Part shown: positions 32,408-43,410 of the stretch, piece after piece
How positions within the stretch are numbered: position 1 is the first letter of the stretch
Layout of the letters: each line of letters opens with the position of its first letter
Assembly (NCBI GenBank): GCA_023213195.1
Contig: CP096135.1
Location: 2,040,842 to 2,104,841 of the forward strand
Origin: Sphingobacteriales bacterium JAD_PAG50586_3
GTDB lineage: Bacteria; Bacteroidota; Bacteroidia; CAMBQF01
Length of the DNA stretch: 64,000 nt
Direction of reading: 5' to 3'
Translations under genes and position numbers: made by a program
The notes under the pieces: generated by a model
What the model was told of the DNA's origin: nothing
Seen by the model: only the letters and a program-made list of their open reading frames with translations
Database searches by the model: none

Positions 32408-33046
32408 ATGAAAGACTCAACAGCAAAAGAAAAAATGTTGAAACGTATACGCGAGGCCCTTATAGAGCCATCGCCGTACGTTATTCCTGATGTGGATTTT
32501 GATAGCCCTATATATGTGCAAAGCGATGAGCCGCTGGAGATTCAGTTTGCACAGGAGTTTCAAAAGATAGATGGCAAGTTTGTTTTTTGCGAGAATAAGG
32601 AAGAGCTTGTAGAAGCCTTTACCGCCCTAGCAAAGCAATTCGACTGGAAAGATATTTACTGCTATAACGACGATATTACCCAGTGGTTTGAGGGTACTGA
32701 TGTAAAGATAAAAGATAAAATTTGGGATGTGCTGGAAGCCAAGGTTGCCATTACCAAATGCGAGAGTTTGGTGGCAAGGTTAGGGTCTGTCCTTATGTCG
32801 TCTAAACTATCATCGGCACGCAAGCTGCCTGCTATTGTAGATACGCATGTGGTTGTTGCCTACACATCACAACTGGTGCCCGATATTAAAGATGCCTTTA
32901 ATGCCATTACCGAAAAGTATGGCGAAAGGCCACCATCATTAATATACCTGGCTGCCGGCCCCAGCCGTACCGCCGATATTGAAAAGACACTGGTAATGGG
33001 GGCACACGGCCCTAAAGAGATTTACGTATTTTTAATAGACGGCTAA
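32408..33046 (+). CDS. LUD-domain protein (LutC/YkgG-like lactate-utilisation family)
   Basis: C-terminal AAGPSRTADIEKTLVMGAHGP signature of the LUD/DUF162 family. Confidence 0.7.
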   Translation: MKDSTAKEKMLKRIREALIEPSPYVIPDVDFDSPIYVQSDEPLEIQFAQEFQKIDGKFVFCENKEELVEAFTALAKQFDWKDIYCYNDDITQWFEGTDVKIKDKIWDVLEAKVAITKCESLVARLGSVLMSSKLSSARKLPAIVDTHVVVAYTSQLVPDIKDAFNAITEKYGERPPSLIYLAAGPSRTADIEKTLVMGAHGPKEIYVFLIDG

Positions 33047-33051
33047 ACATC

Positions 33052-33255
33052 TTGAATACAGACTGGGTTAAAATATACAGTGCCGACTCTCCTTACAAGG
33101 CAGAAATAGCCATGGGGTTGTTAGCCGAGCATGGTATAGAAGCCATCACGTTTAATAAAATAGATTCGGTTTACCTTTTGGGCGATGTGGAGGTGTATGT
33201 ACACCGCGATTTGGTTGCCCTAGCAAAACATATTTTAGAAACTACACTAAATTGA
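33052..33255 (+). CDS. DUF2007-like small protein
   Basis: 67 aa. The KIYSADSPYKAEIAMGLLAEHGIEA pattern is typical of the DUF2007 family. Confidence 0.5.
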   Translation: MNTDWVKIYSADSPYKAEIAMGLLAEHGIEAITFNKIDSVYLLGDVEVYVHRDLVALAKHILETTLN

Positions 33256-34099
33256 GCAACATACTTCAACGCCTTATTACAGGCATCTTTTTTGTATTAA
33301 TTCTTGTAGGTGGTATGGTATGGAACCGCTACTCGTTTGGCGCGTTGTTCCTGCTTATTACCGTACTAAGCCTTATAGAGTTTTACGGCCTTATTAAAAA
33401 CAGCAAATGGAATACACAACCCCAAATGGTGCAGGGTGTTGGTGCCGGGGCATTGCTTTTTATTACTAATTATTTTGTTGCCTTTGGTTTTATAACCCCC
33501 AAATGGCTTGTGGTTAATGTGTTTGCATTGGTATTAATATTTATATCAGAATTGTACCGAAAAAAGAAAACCCCTTTGCCAACATCAGCTTTACGGTTTT
33601 GGGTGTAATCTATTTAGCCATCCCTTTTTCGTTAGTATCATACATAGCAACTCCTGCAATTAAAAATTTGGGTGTGCAAGCCTCCGGCCATATTGTATTT
33701 TACCCGTGGATTATTTTCGGCAGTTTTATGATTGTTTGGGCTAACGACTCGTGGGCATACCTTGGTGGCCGCTGGTTTGGCAAGCATAAGTTGTTCGAGC
33801 GTATATCGCCCGGCAAAACATGGCAGGGCAGTATTGTAGGTGGTATGGTTGCTTTGCTGTTCGGCTATTTAATGTCGCTGTTTTTTGATCAGTATACAGT
33901 AATAGACTGGCTGGTTATTGCCGCCATACTTATTGTTACATCAACCCTTGGCGACCTTGTAGAATCTATGCTTAAACGCAGCCTGGGTGTTAAAGACAGT
34001 GGCACCATGCTACCAGGCCACGGCGGCGTGTTAGACCGTTTTGATGGTATGTTCCTAGCCCTGCCTACTATTTGGGTGTATTTGTTCCTTACGGCTTAG
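33252..34099 (+). CDS. cdsA: Phosphatidate cytidylyltransferase CdsA, interrupted by one A-run frameshift (~33565)
   Basis: C-terminal GKTWQG...GDLVESMLKRSLGVKDSGTMLPGHGGVLDRFDG CTP-transferase signature. The ORFs 33252-33608 and 33599-34099 rejoin as ...KKENPFANISFTVLGVIYLAIPF. Confidence 0.85.
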
Positions 34100-34177
34100 A
34101 ATAATAAATATAATAGGTGACGAATTATGAAGGTTTTAATTCTCATAATTTATAATTACTAATTCATAATTAGTAAC

Positions 34178-36652
34178 CTATTCCGGCTGATACACAAATT
34201 TAGCTACCGCAGGCGCGGTACCATCATCTAAACGGATAAAATATACACCCGGTTTTAGGCTGGTAGCAGATAAATCTACGGTATGGATATAGTCGCCGCT
34301 AAAGCTTATGTTTTGCTGGCTATAAACCAGTTGCCCGGTAGTAGAAAGTACGCTTAAAGCAAGGGGCTTATTACGTGCTCCGCTTAGTTTAATATTTAGT
34401 TGGTTATTAGTTGGCGATGGATATACATCAACACCAAATTTGGCGTTTTGCTCGTCAATACCAATAATCAAAATCTTTTTAAAGTGCGCCCAAATGGTAT
34501 CGGTAGTGGTAAGGTTAACGGTAATATTTTCTGAGAAATTATCGGGCGTGGGGGTGTTGTTGTTAAACGACCAGTACTGGAATTCAGAGTCTATAGCCGG
34601 TAGCGCGGTTAGCGTTATGCTGTTGTTGCCATAAAACGCGCCTGTGTATGGGTAACTTGTTGGCACAATAGTGTTTACCCGCACGTTGTTGTTTTGGGCA
34701 GGCGGGTCTATTTTTACCACAATATTGTAAGGGCCGGTAAGGTCGTAGCAATCAACCATGCCATCGGCAATTTCGCTGCAACGGCTGTTTATATTGTCGC
34801 GTATGCGCTGCACATTTTGGTTCCAAGTGTTTACATCACCGCCCCAACGTTGGGTTTGCCTGCCCATTTCGGGTGCCAGCAGTAGCGCCAGGCTATCCAG
34901 GTGGGCTATCATTTTGGTACAATCAAAGGCGGTGTTTATAAGGTCGGCATAGCGGTTTATATAAAGTTGCCTAAAACCATCATTCTCCAACATCTTGTTA
35001 AACATGCCTGTATGGGGTATGTCAGGGTCGCCGGGAAAAAGGTCTTCAACCGCGCAAGGGTCGGCATCGGGCCCTGTGGTAGGCAGGCCGGTATAGTTTT
35101 GGCCAAGGTCAAAGGTATTGTCCATATCCCACAGGTGGTAACGCCAGCGCACACCGGCATTTTTAGTGCCACGCCACCAGGCGGTGTTCCAGTTAAGCCA
35201 GTCGCTGTTTACGGTATAGGTGTTTATTATAAAATAGTCAATAAGGCTTAGGGGGTCAAAACGTTGCACTACATAATCGTAATTAGCCTGTACCGCCAGG
35301 TTATTGCTCATCATAAAATTATATAACGATACCCATGCCGTATCGCTGCCCTCGTCTAACTGCAGGCCACCCCAAAAGGCCAGCATATCTACTTTGCCTT
35401 TGGGCTGGTCGTAATAAAACTCGGTAAAGTCGGCATCAACCCGCTCACGCAGTTCATACAAACCCCAGTATTGGCCATTAATATAAATTACAATGGGGCG
35501 ATAAGAACGGCCATCAACATTCAGGTTATACTTATCGGCCAGTGTTTGGCAAAAACCATCGCGTATATGGGCACTTTGGTAGCCTGCGTGCGCAGGGTAA
35601 TTATCAGAGCCTGCCGCTTTTAAAATTATAACATCAAACTCAGCGCGCGGGGTTGACGGAAAAAGCTGGGCTTCTATGTTGTTAGAAAAGCCATACTCAT
35701 CGCGGGTATAAAAGCGCATACCTTTTTGGTCAAAAGCCCAAGAGTCGTTACCATGGCGTTTCATATCGCCCTCGGTTTTAAATATTATTTGCCCGTTTTC
35801 GTCATAGTACTCTATGGCATGCATAATATCATTGCCCGAATTGAATAAGCTGTTAAATGGCCCGTTTAAGCAAATGGTAGGCATGGTATGGGTTGTGCCT
35901 ATTATGTAAGTATTAGTTTCTATAAAGCTGGCAGGTATATTGACATTCGTGCTAAAAGTACGTGCGCGGATAGACCTTGTTGCATTTACCGGAATAGGAG
36001 CAGAGTATAGGGTTGATGCTGTTGTAGGTTCAGAACCATCTATGGTATAACGTATAACGCTGTTTGGTTCTGTGGTGGTTAGGGTAACAGTTATGCCTGT
36101 ACCGTAAAAACCGCCTTGTTGGCTTACGGTAGGCTGGGCTGCATAATATTGTTTTACGCTGCTATTGGTAGCGCCCGGCGTAGGGGTTAAACCAATACCC
36201 CAGGTAGCTGCGCCGTCTGTTAGGCGGGCATAAGAGTGGTTGCGTTGGGTGTAGCGGGTAATGTGTACAGAGTCTATAATAACTCCTGCCGGGTTGGCAA
36301 TTAAAATATACTCTTGCCTGGTTTGGGTTATTTTAAAGTTGGTATGCTGCTGGTTGCCCTGGGTAATATTCCGGTCTGAACAAAAGAAAACCCTTTTGCC
36401 CAGTGCGGGTATGCTGGTGCCTGCGGGTATTGGCCATTTGGTGGGGTTGTCGGCCTTATCGCTAAGGTGGTAGCCCGATATATCTACCGCGTTGGCCGAT
36501 GGGTTGTATATCTCCACCCAGTCTTCATACTCATTAAAGGCATCTTGTAATTGATTTCTATTAGAGCAAGAAAACTCATTTATATATAATTGTTGCGCGT
36601 TGGTAGAATAACATACTGTTAGAGCAACGGCAAAAAGTAAAAACTTTTTCAT
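34178..36652 (-). CDS. CotH kinase-family protein with N-terminal lamin-tail (LTD) domain and T9SS C-terminal sorting domain
   Basis: Signal peptide. LTD LYINEFSCSN...DWVEIYNPSANAVDISGYHLSD. CotH core ...IVIYINGQYWGLYELRERVD...HLWDMDNTFD. CTD VYPSPTNNQLNIKL...VYFIRLDDG. Confidence 0.8.
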   Translation of the reverse strand: MKKFLLFAVALTVCYSTNAQQLYINEFSCSNRNQLQDAFNEYEDWVEIYNPSANAVDISGYHLSDKADNPTKWPIPAGTSIPALGKRVFFCSDRNITQGNQQHTNFKITQTRQEYILIANPAGVIIDSVHITRYTQRNHSYARLTDGAATWGIGLTPTPGATNSSVKQYYAAQPTVSQQGGFYGTGITVTLTTTEPNSVIRYTIDGSEPTTASTLYSAPIPVNATRSIRARTFSTNVNIPASFIETNTYIIGTTHTMPTICLNGPFNSLFNSGNDIMHAIEYYDENGQIIFKTEGDMKRHGNDSWAFDQKGMRFYTRDEYGFSNNIEAQLFPSTPRAEFDVIILKAAGSDNYPAHAGYQSAHIRDGFCQTLADKYNLNVDGRSYRPIVIYINGQYWGLYELRERVDADFTEFYYDQPKGKVDMLAFWGGLQLDEGSDTAWVSLYNFMMSNNLAVQANYDYVVQRFDPLSLIDYFIINTYTVNSDWLNWNTAWWRGTKNAGVRWRYHLWDMDNTFDLGQNYTGLPTTGPDADPCAVEDLFPGDPDIPHTGMFNKMLENDGFRQLYINRYADLINTAFDCTKMIAHLDSLALLLAPEMGRQTQRWGGDVNTWNQNVQRIRDNINSRCSEIADGMVDCYDLTGPYNIVVKIDPPAQNNNVRVNTIVPTSYPYTGAFYGNNSITLTALPAIDSEFQYWSFNNNTPTPDNFSENITVNLTTTDTIWAHFKKILIIGIDEQNAKFGVDVYPSPTNNQLNIKLSGARNKPLALSVLSTTGQLVYSQQNISFSGDYIHTVDLSATSLKPGVYFIRLDDGTAPAVAKFVYQPE

Positions 36653-36691
36653 GTACTTGAATTAATCAATTCAAATATAAGAAAATTAAGC

Positions 36692-38026
36692 CTAAGTAAC
36701 TATTTCGTTAAATATAACGCCGTGTTCTTCAAGTTCCTGTAATACAGGGTTATATATTAGTGGCTCGTTGGGTATCTTAACCCCGCTAAGTTGCCATTTA
36801 CCGGTTAAAATAAGCTTTGCGGCAATAGCTACCGGCAAGCCCACTGTTTTAGCCATAGCGGTATGCAAGGCATCGTCGCCTTTTAGGGCCAGGGTTGATG
36901 TTACTTTTTTAGCCTGCCCGTTTAGGGTGTATTCAAACTCGTGCAGCATAACCACCAGGTCAAGGTCGCCGGGGTTTAGCTTCCATTTTTGTTCCAACAG
37001 GTGTTGCAATAGCCTGGCGGGCGATGCATCGGGTATTCCGGCTTTATCGTTACTAAAAATGCCTGTCCATTGCAGCATAGCAAACAACTCGGGCCTGTTA
37101 TCCAACCCTAAAAAAGCAATAAGGCTTGCCTCATCGGCAGTAATACCTTCGGGCAATAGCGATTGTACCAACTCTATATAGCTAAGGTTTTCACTATGTG
37201 GGATGATAAAGCTATCATCGGTTAAGCCCAGTTGCACAAAGCAATCCCATGCGTTGCAATAGTTTTTATAGCGCAGGGTGCCGCGTAACATAGTGCTAAT
37301 GCCATGCAGGTTATATGGCTCAATGTACCCTAATGAGTCTCGGTTGGCGTAGCCTTCCAGCATACCCAGCCCTGCAATATCAAACTGCTCTACATTTTTA
37401 AATAAGCGGTTATAGGGAATAAATTTAAGCTTGCAATTGTGCAGGTAACGGGCGGTGCTTTGGCCTGCCACTATTACGTTGCGTGGGTTCCAGGTAAATT
37501 TATAGCCCCAGGGGTTGTCTATACTCTCGGGTGCAACCAAACCACCGGTAAACGACTTGAACGAGGTTATTTTTCCACCTTCGTTTTGTATGCGGTGTAT
37601 AATTTGCAGGGCCGACATATGGTCTATGCCCGGGTCCAGCCCCATTTCATTTAACAACACGCAGCCTCTTTCTTTGGCTTGCTCATCAAGCACTGCCATT
37701 TCAGGCGACACGTACGATGCTGTAATTAAGTGCTTGCCAAACTTTATGCAACTGTGGGCTACAGGCACATGCATAGTGGCTGGCAGCATAGATATAACCA
37801 AGTCGGCACGGCTTACCAACTCATCGCGGGTGCTGTCGTCGTCGGCATTAAAAAGAGTAACGCTGCCATGGCTATGGCCTTTTAATTTAGATGCCGCAGT
37901 GTGCGGGTCGGCATCGCCAATGGTAAGGTGCCAGCCGTATGTACCGGCATTGTTAAGTAAATAATCTATAAGTACGGTGGCCGATTTACCGGCCCCTATC
38001 AATAATATCTGTTTCATTGGTTGCAA
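36692..38026 (-). CDS. Saccharopine dehydrogenase family oxidoreductase (NADP-binding)
   Basis: Rossmann GAGKSA and the saccharopine-DH C-terminal domain (PGIDHM, WNPRNVI). Confidence 0.8.
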   Translation of the reverse strand: MQPMKQILLIGAGKSATVLIDYLLNNAGTYGWHLTIGDADPHTAASKLKGHSHGSVTLFNADDDSTRDELVSRADLVISMLPATMHVPVAHSCIKFGKHLITASYVSPEMAVLDEQAKERGCVLLNEMGLDPGIDHMSALQIIHRIQNEGGKITSFKSFTGGLVAPESIDNPWGYKFTWNPRNVIVAGQSTARYLHNCKLKFIPYNRLFKNVEQFDIAGLGMLEGYANRDSLGYIEPYNLHGISTMLRGTLRYKNYCNAWDCFVQLGLTDDSFIIPHSENLSYIELVQSLLPEGITADEASLIAFLGLDNRPELFAMLQWTGIFSNDKAGIPDASPARLLQHLLEQKWKLNPGDLDLVVMLHEFEYTLNGQAKKVTSTLALKGDDALHTAMAKTVGLPVAIAAKLILTGKWQLSGVKIPNEPLIYNPVLQELEEHGVIFNEIVT

Positions 38027-39220
38027 AATTAAGGGGCTTATAGGTTAGTTGGTCGTAAACTATTTTAAGCCATACCAAAATGCAGGGCAAAACCTTTAAC
38101 TGGTAGGGGATTATAATGTCGGTACGGATGGCGCGGGGGAATAAATCGGTAGGGGAGAGGCAGGTAAAAACAAATACCAGCACCAGTAAAACCAGGTTGA
38201 ATGTGCTTTGCTTTTGACTGAAATACCAAATAACAATACCCGCCACAGCAATAATAAACGTGGGCGACTCTGCCTTGTGGTTGAAGATAACAGTCCATAT
38301 TAGGGCAGATGCCAGCAACAGCAGTTTAAAGCCCGGTTGTTGCCATGCTTTAATGTTGAGGTAGGTCAAACAAAACAAGCCTACGCCCGCAATGGTAATA
38401 AGCATTTTGTTGGGTGTAGCCCCAAACCAAGCCTCTAAACCTCCGGCAACAGATAAACCTAACGATGCGGCATGGTCGGCTTGCAGCATGGTAAACCAGC
38501 TATTGTACTGCCATTGCAGCGTAGCCCAGGGCGTAACTAGCACAGGAATAATTGCAAGCAATACACTAAACCCGGCTATACTGCCAATAAATTTTACTTT
38601 TTAGGATAGAATAAGAATAGCGCCGCCGCCACCAACCCAAAGGGTTTTATAAATGTTGCCAATGCTATAAATAATGCGGCACGGGCCACTTTGCCGCTTT
38701 CAAAACAATTGTAGGCCCATATCATCAACCCTGCAATAAGCGCGTTGCTTTGGCTGTTTTGCATATTGGTCATTAATTCAACAACCACAAACAGCAGGGC
38801 AAAGGCCCGTTGTTTATCGGTAAACCGTTTAATAGATACAATAGCCGAGAATAATACAACCGAGTTTAGAATGTTCCACCAGATAAGGCCAAGCCAAACG
38901 GGCATCCACGCAAAAATGCCAAAAAACAAGGCAAATACCGGCGGGTATTTATACAGGTCGTAATACTGTGTGGGGTGATTAATATATAAATCAACACCGT
39001 TTACCAGGTTGTAAAACGATGCCCTGAAAATCATAAAGTTATTGTAGTGGGTTTGCGTATCGGCCTTGGTGCCTTTAGCAAGCTCAGCAACAGATGCCCC
39101 AATGGCCAGCAGCACAAACAGGCACAGCAGCACTTGTGGGTTGGTTATAAACCGTATTATACGCTCTTTTATTGCCATTCTATTGTGCCAACGGGGTAAA
39201 CGGTTAGGGTATCGGGGCAT
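37986..39220 (-). CDS. DUF2029/GT87-like polytopic membrane glycosyltransferase-family protein, split by one T/A-run frameshift (~38597)
   Basis: Two ORFs (38594-39220 and 37986-38561) that join as ...LFLFYPKKVKFIGSIAGFSVLLAIIPVLV. About 12 TM helices in total. Confidence 0.55.
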
Positions 39221-39669
39221 TCATTTAGCAACTGCCCAATGGTTTTATTTAATACGGGGTGAAGATAGTCTTTTGCAATTTCAGCCAAGGGCACAAGGGT
39301 AAACCTGCGGTTTGCCATAGCAGGGTGGGGCACGGTTAATTCAGGGGTGTTTACTATTTCATCGCCATAAATTAATATGTCAATGTCTATAATGCGGGGA
39401 CCGTTTTTAGGCACTAAACGGGTTCGGCCCAGTTGGCGCTCTATTTCTAAAATAGTAACAAGTAATTGGGCAGGTGGCAGGCTAGGTTCAATTTCTACAA
39501 CGGCATTCAAAAACAAATCTTGGTCTTTAAATCCCCACGGGGCGGTTTCGTATAGCGCCGATGTTTGAACAACTTTGCCCGCATCAGAGTTTATTTGCCT
39601 GATGGCTGTAATAATTACCTCTTGTTTGTTACCAATATTACTGCCTAACAGCAAAAACACCCTTTTCAT
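39169..39669 (-). CDS. folK: 2-amino-4-hydroxy-6-hydroxymethyldihydropteridine diphosphokinase (HPPK)
   Basis: LLGSNIG, ETAPWG, RIIDIDIL, PHP motifs. Confidence 0.85.
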   Translation of the reverse strand: MKRVFLLLGSNIGNKQEVIITAIRQINSDAGKVVQTSALYETAPWGFKDQDLFLNAVVEIEPSLPPAQLLVTILEIERQLGRTRLVPKNGPRIIDIDILIYGDEIVNTPELTVPHPAMANRRFTLVPLAEIAKDYLHPVLNKTIGQLLNECPDTLTVYPVGTIEWQ

Positions 39670-39729
39670 TTGGCAAAGATACTTTGCCTGTTCAATAATC
39701 ATATATTTGCAAAACATCAACTATTCAAA

Positions 39730-41493
39730 ATGAAACAATTCTTTAAATTTTTCTTTGCCTCGTGCCTTAGCTTTTTAGTAAGCGTTGGGTTATTAGTACT
39801 AATAGGTTTTTGGGTTATCAGCGCCGCAACCTCGTCTGCCGCAAAAGATGGCGGCGTAGATGTTGAAGACAATTCTGTACTGTATGTTACCCTTAACAAC
39901 GCTATTGTAGACCATACAACATCAGATGGTTTTCCCAGCATGTTGGGTGGCAGCTCTACCATGGGTCTTGATGATATTTTAACATCAATAAAATATGCTA
40001 AAACCGACGATAAAATTAAAGGCATATTTTTAGAAGTAACCAACCTTACTACCGGTATGGCCACTGCTGAAGAGCTGCGCAACTCGCTTATAGATTTTAA
40101 AACATCGGGTAAGTTTATTTATGCCTACTCTGATTATTATAGCTAGGGTGCCTACTACCTTTCATCGGTTGCCGATAAAGTGTATGTAAACCCACAAGGT
40201 GGTGTTGAGTTTAAAGGCCTTTCTGCCGAATTGATATTTATTAAAGGAACACTGGAAAAATTAGGCGTAGAGCCGCAAATTATTCGCCATGGCAAGTTTA
40301 AAAGCGCTATAGAGCCTTTAATTAACGATAAAATGAGCGAGAGTAACCGCTTGCAAACCCGCACCTACATTAGCGCTTTGTGGAATAAAATGCTGGATGG
40401 CATTAGCAAATCGCGCAAAATTACCACTGCCGAATTACAAACTATTGCTGATGGTTTATTGCTTGTAGATTCTAAAGCCGCTGTAGACCGCAAGTTTGTT
40501 GATGGCGTTAAGTACAGGGATGAGGTGCTGGATATGCTGAAAGATAAAACCGGTGCCGAATCTGTTAAAAAAATTGAGTTTGTTACCCTTAACAACTACG
40601 TAAAAGTTGGCAAGCCTGATGTGGGCGACCGTAACAAAAAAGTAGCCGTTATATTTGCTGAAGGTAGCATTGTTGATGGTAAAGGCGATGATAGCAGCAT
40701 TGGTTCGGCAACCCTGTCTCGCCACCTGCGCAATGCCCGTTTAGATGATAAAATTAAAGCCGTAGTGCTTCGTGTTAACTCGCCGGGTGGTAGCGCCTTA
40801 GCATCTGATGTTATTTGGAGGGAAGTATTATTGTTGAAAAAAGCCAAGCCTGTTATTGTTTCTATGGGCGATGTAGCCGCATCGGGCGGTTACTACATTG
40901 CTTGTGCTGCCGATACTATTGTGGCGCAACCTAATACCATTACCGGTTCTATTGGTGTGTTTGGTGTATTGTGGAATGCAAAAGGCCTTACAGATAAACT
41001 GGGTGTTAGCGTTGATACGGTTAAAACCGGTGCCATGGCCGACCTTGGTACTGCCAGCCGCGCTATGACAGAGCCTGAACGCAAATACATTCAAAATCAA
41101 ATAGAAATGATTTACGATGTGTTTATTGGCAAAGTGGCCGATGGACGCCGAATGACTAAAGCCGATGTAGATAGCATAGGTCAGGGCCGTGTGTGGAGTG
41201 GAATTGATGCCAAACGCATTGGTTTGGTAGATGTGCTTGGCGGTATGGATGTGGCTATAGCAATTGCAGCTAAAAAAGCCAAGCTTGACGATTACAGCGT
41301 TGTGTTTTTACCACGCACCGAAAAAGGCATTACCAAACTACTTAAAGACCTTAGCGGCGAAGATGACGATAAGGTGAGCAAGATTATGATGCATGAGTTA
41401 GGCCCTGATTACAGGTACTACCAATACCTGCGCAATGCCCGCCAAATAAAAGGCATACAGGCCCGCATGCCTTATCAAATTGAGATTAACTAA
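39730..41493 (+). CDS. sppA: Signal peptide peptidase SppA (67K type, tandem S49 domains), interrupted by an in-frame TAG at 40144-40146
   Basis: ...YAYSDYYS*GAYYLSSVADKVYVNPQGG... and a second domain with the GSIGV serine motif. The TAG lies in CTAGG and CAG (Gln, the consensus residue) restores CCAGG. Confidence 0.85.
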
Positions 41494-41513
41494 CCGTTTA
41501 ATTCATATTACAG

Positions 41514-41550
41514 AAAAATCCCGGCTGTTACAGTCGGGATTTTTGTTTTT
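41514..41550 (+). terminator. Rho-independent terminator after sppA
   Basis: aaaaatcccggctgttacagtcgggatttttgttttt. Confidence 0.75.
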
Positions 41551-41667
41551 AACAGAATACATATCTTGTTGAAAACAGGTTTTTGTTTTATTGGTTGTTT
41601 CTACTATCTTGCGGATGCTTAATCAGAAAAACGCCATTTTGGCATGGTTTTTGCAAACACAAGCGCA

Positions 41668-42194
41668 ATGAAAAAATTTGTACTCGTTTTATTATTCGTT
41701 TTTAGTGTAGGCTTTGCTAATCAAGGCTTTGCAGCTAATACCGGTACTGTTTCAGTTCCAACAGATTCTGTAGTAAATACCAAAACCAGCTTTTTTCTTG
41801 GTCTACCTTAGACCACATGGTATGCTATGCTAAAGATTTTATTGGAATTCCTTACCGCTACGGCTCTATGAGTTTAAAGGCTTTTGATTGTTCTGGTTTT
41901 ACCTCTTATGTATTTCAGCAATTTGGTATGTTGTTGCCACGTTCTGCCCGCGACCAAGCCGGTTTGGGTAAAAAAGTACACGAGTGCGATGCCCGCAAAG
42001 GCGACCTTGTTTTCTTTAAAGGCCGCAGTACATCATCATCATTTGTTGGCCACGTAGGTATTGTTATTTCAGAGATTGGCGATAAACTAACCTTTATTCA
42101 CGCATCGGTACACAAAGGCATTACTATAGATACTATAGACCTGCGCTACTACAAAGACCGCTTTTTGTACGTTAAGCGCGTATTAGATTTGTAA
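41668..42194 (+). CDS. NlpC/P60 (C40) family peptidase with signal peptide; one T-run frameshift (~41788)
   Basis: The signal peptide MKKFVLVLLFVF is in one frame and the P60 core FDCSGF...GDLVFF...GHVGIVI in the next. They rejoin if T6 is read as T7. Confidence 0.75.
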
Positions 42195-42225
42195 GATTAT
42201 TCAACCGATATATTATTAAAAAGCC

Positions 42226-42256
42226 CTTTGAGAAATCGAAGGGCTTTTTGTTTTGA
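42226..42256. terminator. Bidirectional terminator between convergent genes
   Basis: aaaagccctttgagaaatcgaagggctttttgtttt. Confidence 0.7.
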
Positions 42257-42269
42257 TATACTTAGAGTG

Positions 42270-43364
42270 TTACTTCTCCTCTATATTATATACCGATATC
42301 CATCCGCCCTGATAGCTGGTAGCCCACAGGCGTTTCCCATCGGGCGATACGCTTACACCCATGGGCTTAAATATGGTTGTTGAGCCTACCTCCTTAAAGG
42401 TTTTCATATCTATTATAGAAATCTTGTTCGACTCGTGTACCGCAGCAAACATATACCGTTCATCGGGCGTTAGGCAAATGGTACGCACTTGCGAGCCCAA
42501 GCTAACCGACCGTGTTACCTTCTTCTTGTATATATTATACTCCAAGGCCTTACCCCCTGTGTTTTCTGATACATACAACAGGCTGTCGTTTTTAGATAGC
42601 ACTATGTGGCGTGGGTTGGGAGTAATGTGCAGTTCCTTTATCTGTTTAAGGCTATCAAGGTCTATAACACTAATAGTGCCGCCGCGCATGTTGCACACGT
42701 AGGCCGTTTTAGAGTTTGATGTTACCGCAATGCCCCGCGGAATATACCCGCCGTTGCCTACTGTAATGTCTTTAATCTTCTTTAAGCTATCGGTAGTAAC
42801 AACGCTAATGTTGCTGCTATGCCAGTTGGCAATAAGGGCTAGCTTACCATCGGGTGTTACTTTAATAACCTTGGGGGTATGGCCTACAGAGACTTTAGGC
42901 ATTTCTACCCGGTTGCTATCGCCACCTTTAGGGTTTTTTACAGTAGCCTTTTGGCCCTGTGTTTTAAAGCAAACTACGCTACTATCGTTACCGGGGTTAT
43001 ATGGGTTGTACCGCACTACGCACGCCCCGTTGTGGAATGATACCCAAAGGTACTTACCCCGTTCAGAAAAATCGCACTCTACGGGCTTCTCTGCAAAAGA
43101 GGCAATAGGCTTTTTCAAATCATAGTCCCACCCCGTGGCAGCGGTTTGGTCAAACTCTACCTTTTGGCGTATGTAAAAGCTATCAGCATCAATAATCCAG
43201 ATATTGCAGCCCTCCAGGTTCATAACCGCGGCATAGTTACTATCAGGCGATAACTCTACCGACTTAGGTGCCTGTGCACCTTCAATCTTCTTAACCAGTT
43301 TTAGGGAAACGGATTGGGCGGATAAAAAAAATGGCAGTAGTAATATTATTAGGAATATACGCAT
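42270..43364 (-). CDS. YncE/YVTN-type beta-propeller repeat protein (secreted)
   Basis: Signal peptide MRIFLIILLLPFFLSAQ. Repeated ~40 aa blades with S..G..L.V...D...I..ID motifs. Confidence 0.6.
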   Translation of the reverse strand: MRIFLIILLLPFFLSAQSVSLKLVKKIEGAQAPKSVELSPDSNYAAVMNLEGCNIWIIDADSFYIRQKVEFDQTAATGWDYDLKKPIASFAEKPVECDFSERGKYLWVSFHNGACVVRYNPYNPGNDSSVVCFKTQGQKATVKNPKGGDSNRVEMPKVSVGHTPKVIKVTPDGKLALIANWHSSNISVVTTDSLKKIKDITVGNGGYIPRGIAVTSNSKTAYVCNMRGGTISVIDLDSLKQIKELHITPNPRHIVLSKNDSLLYVSENTGGKALEYNIYKKKVTRSVSLGSQVRTICLTPDERYMFAAVHESNKISIIDMKTFKEVGSTTIFKPMGVSVSPDGKRLWATSYQGGWISVYNIEEK

Positions 43365-43410
43365 ATTCGATTTTTTACAAATTTGTAACATTTATTGTAA
43401 TTTTGACTAA

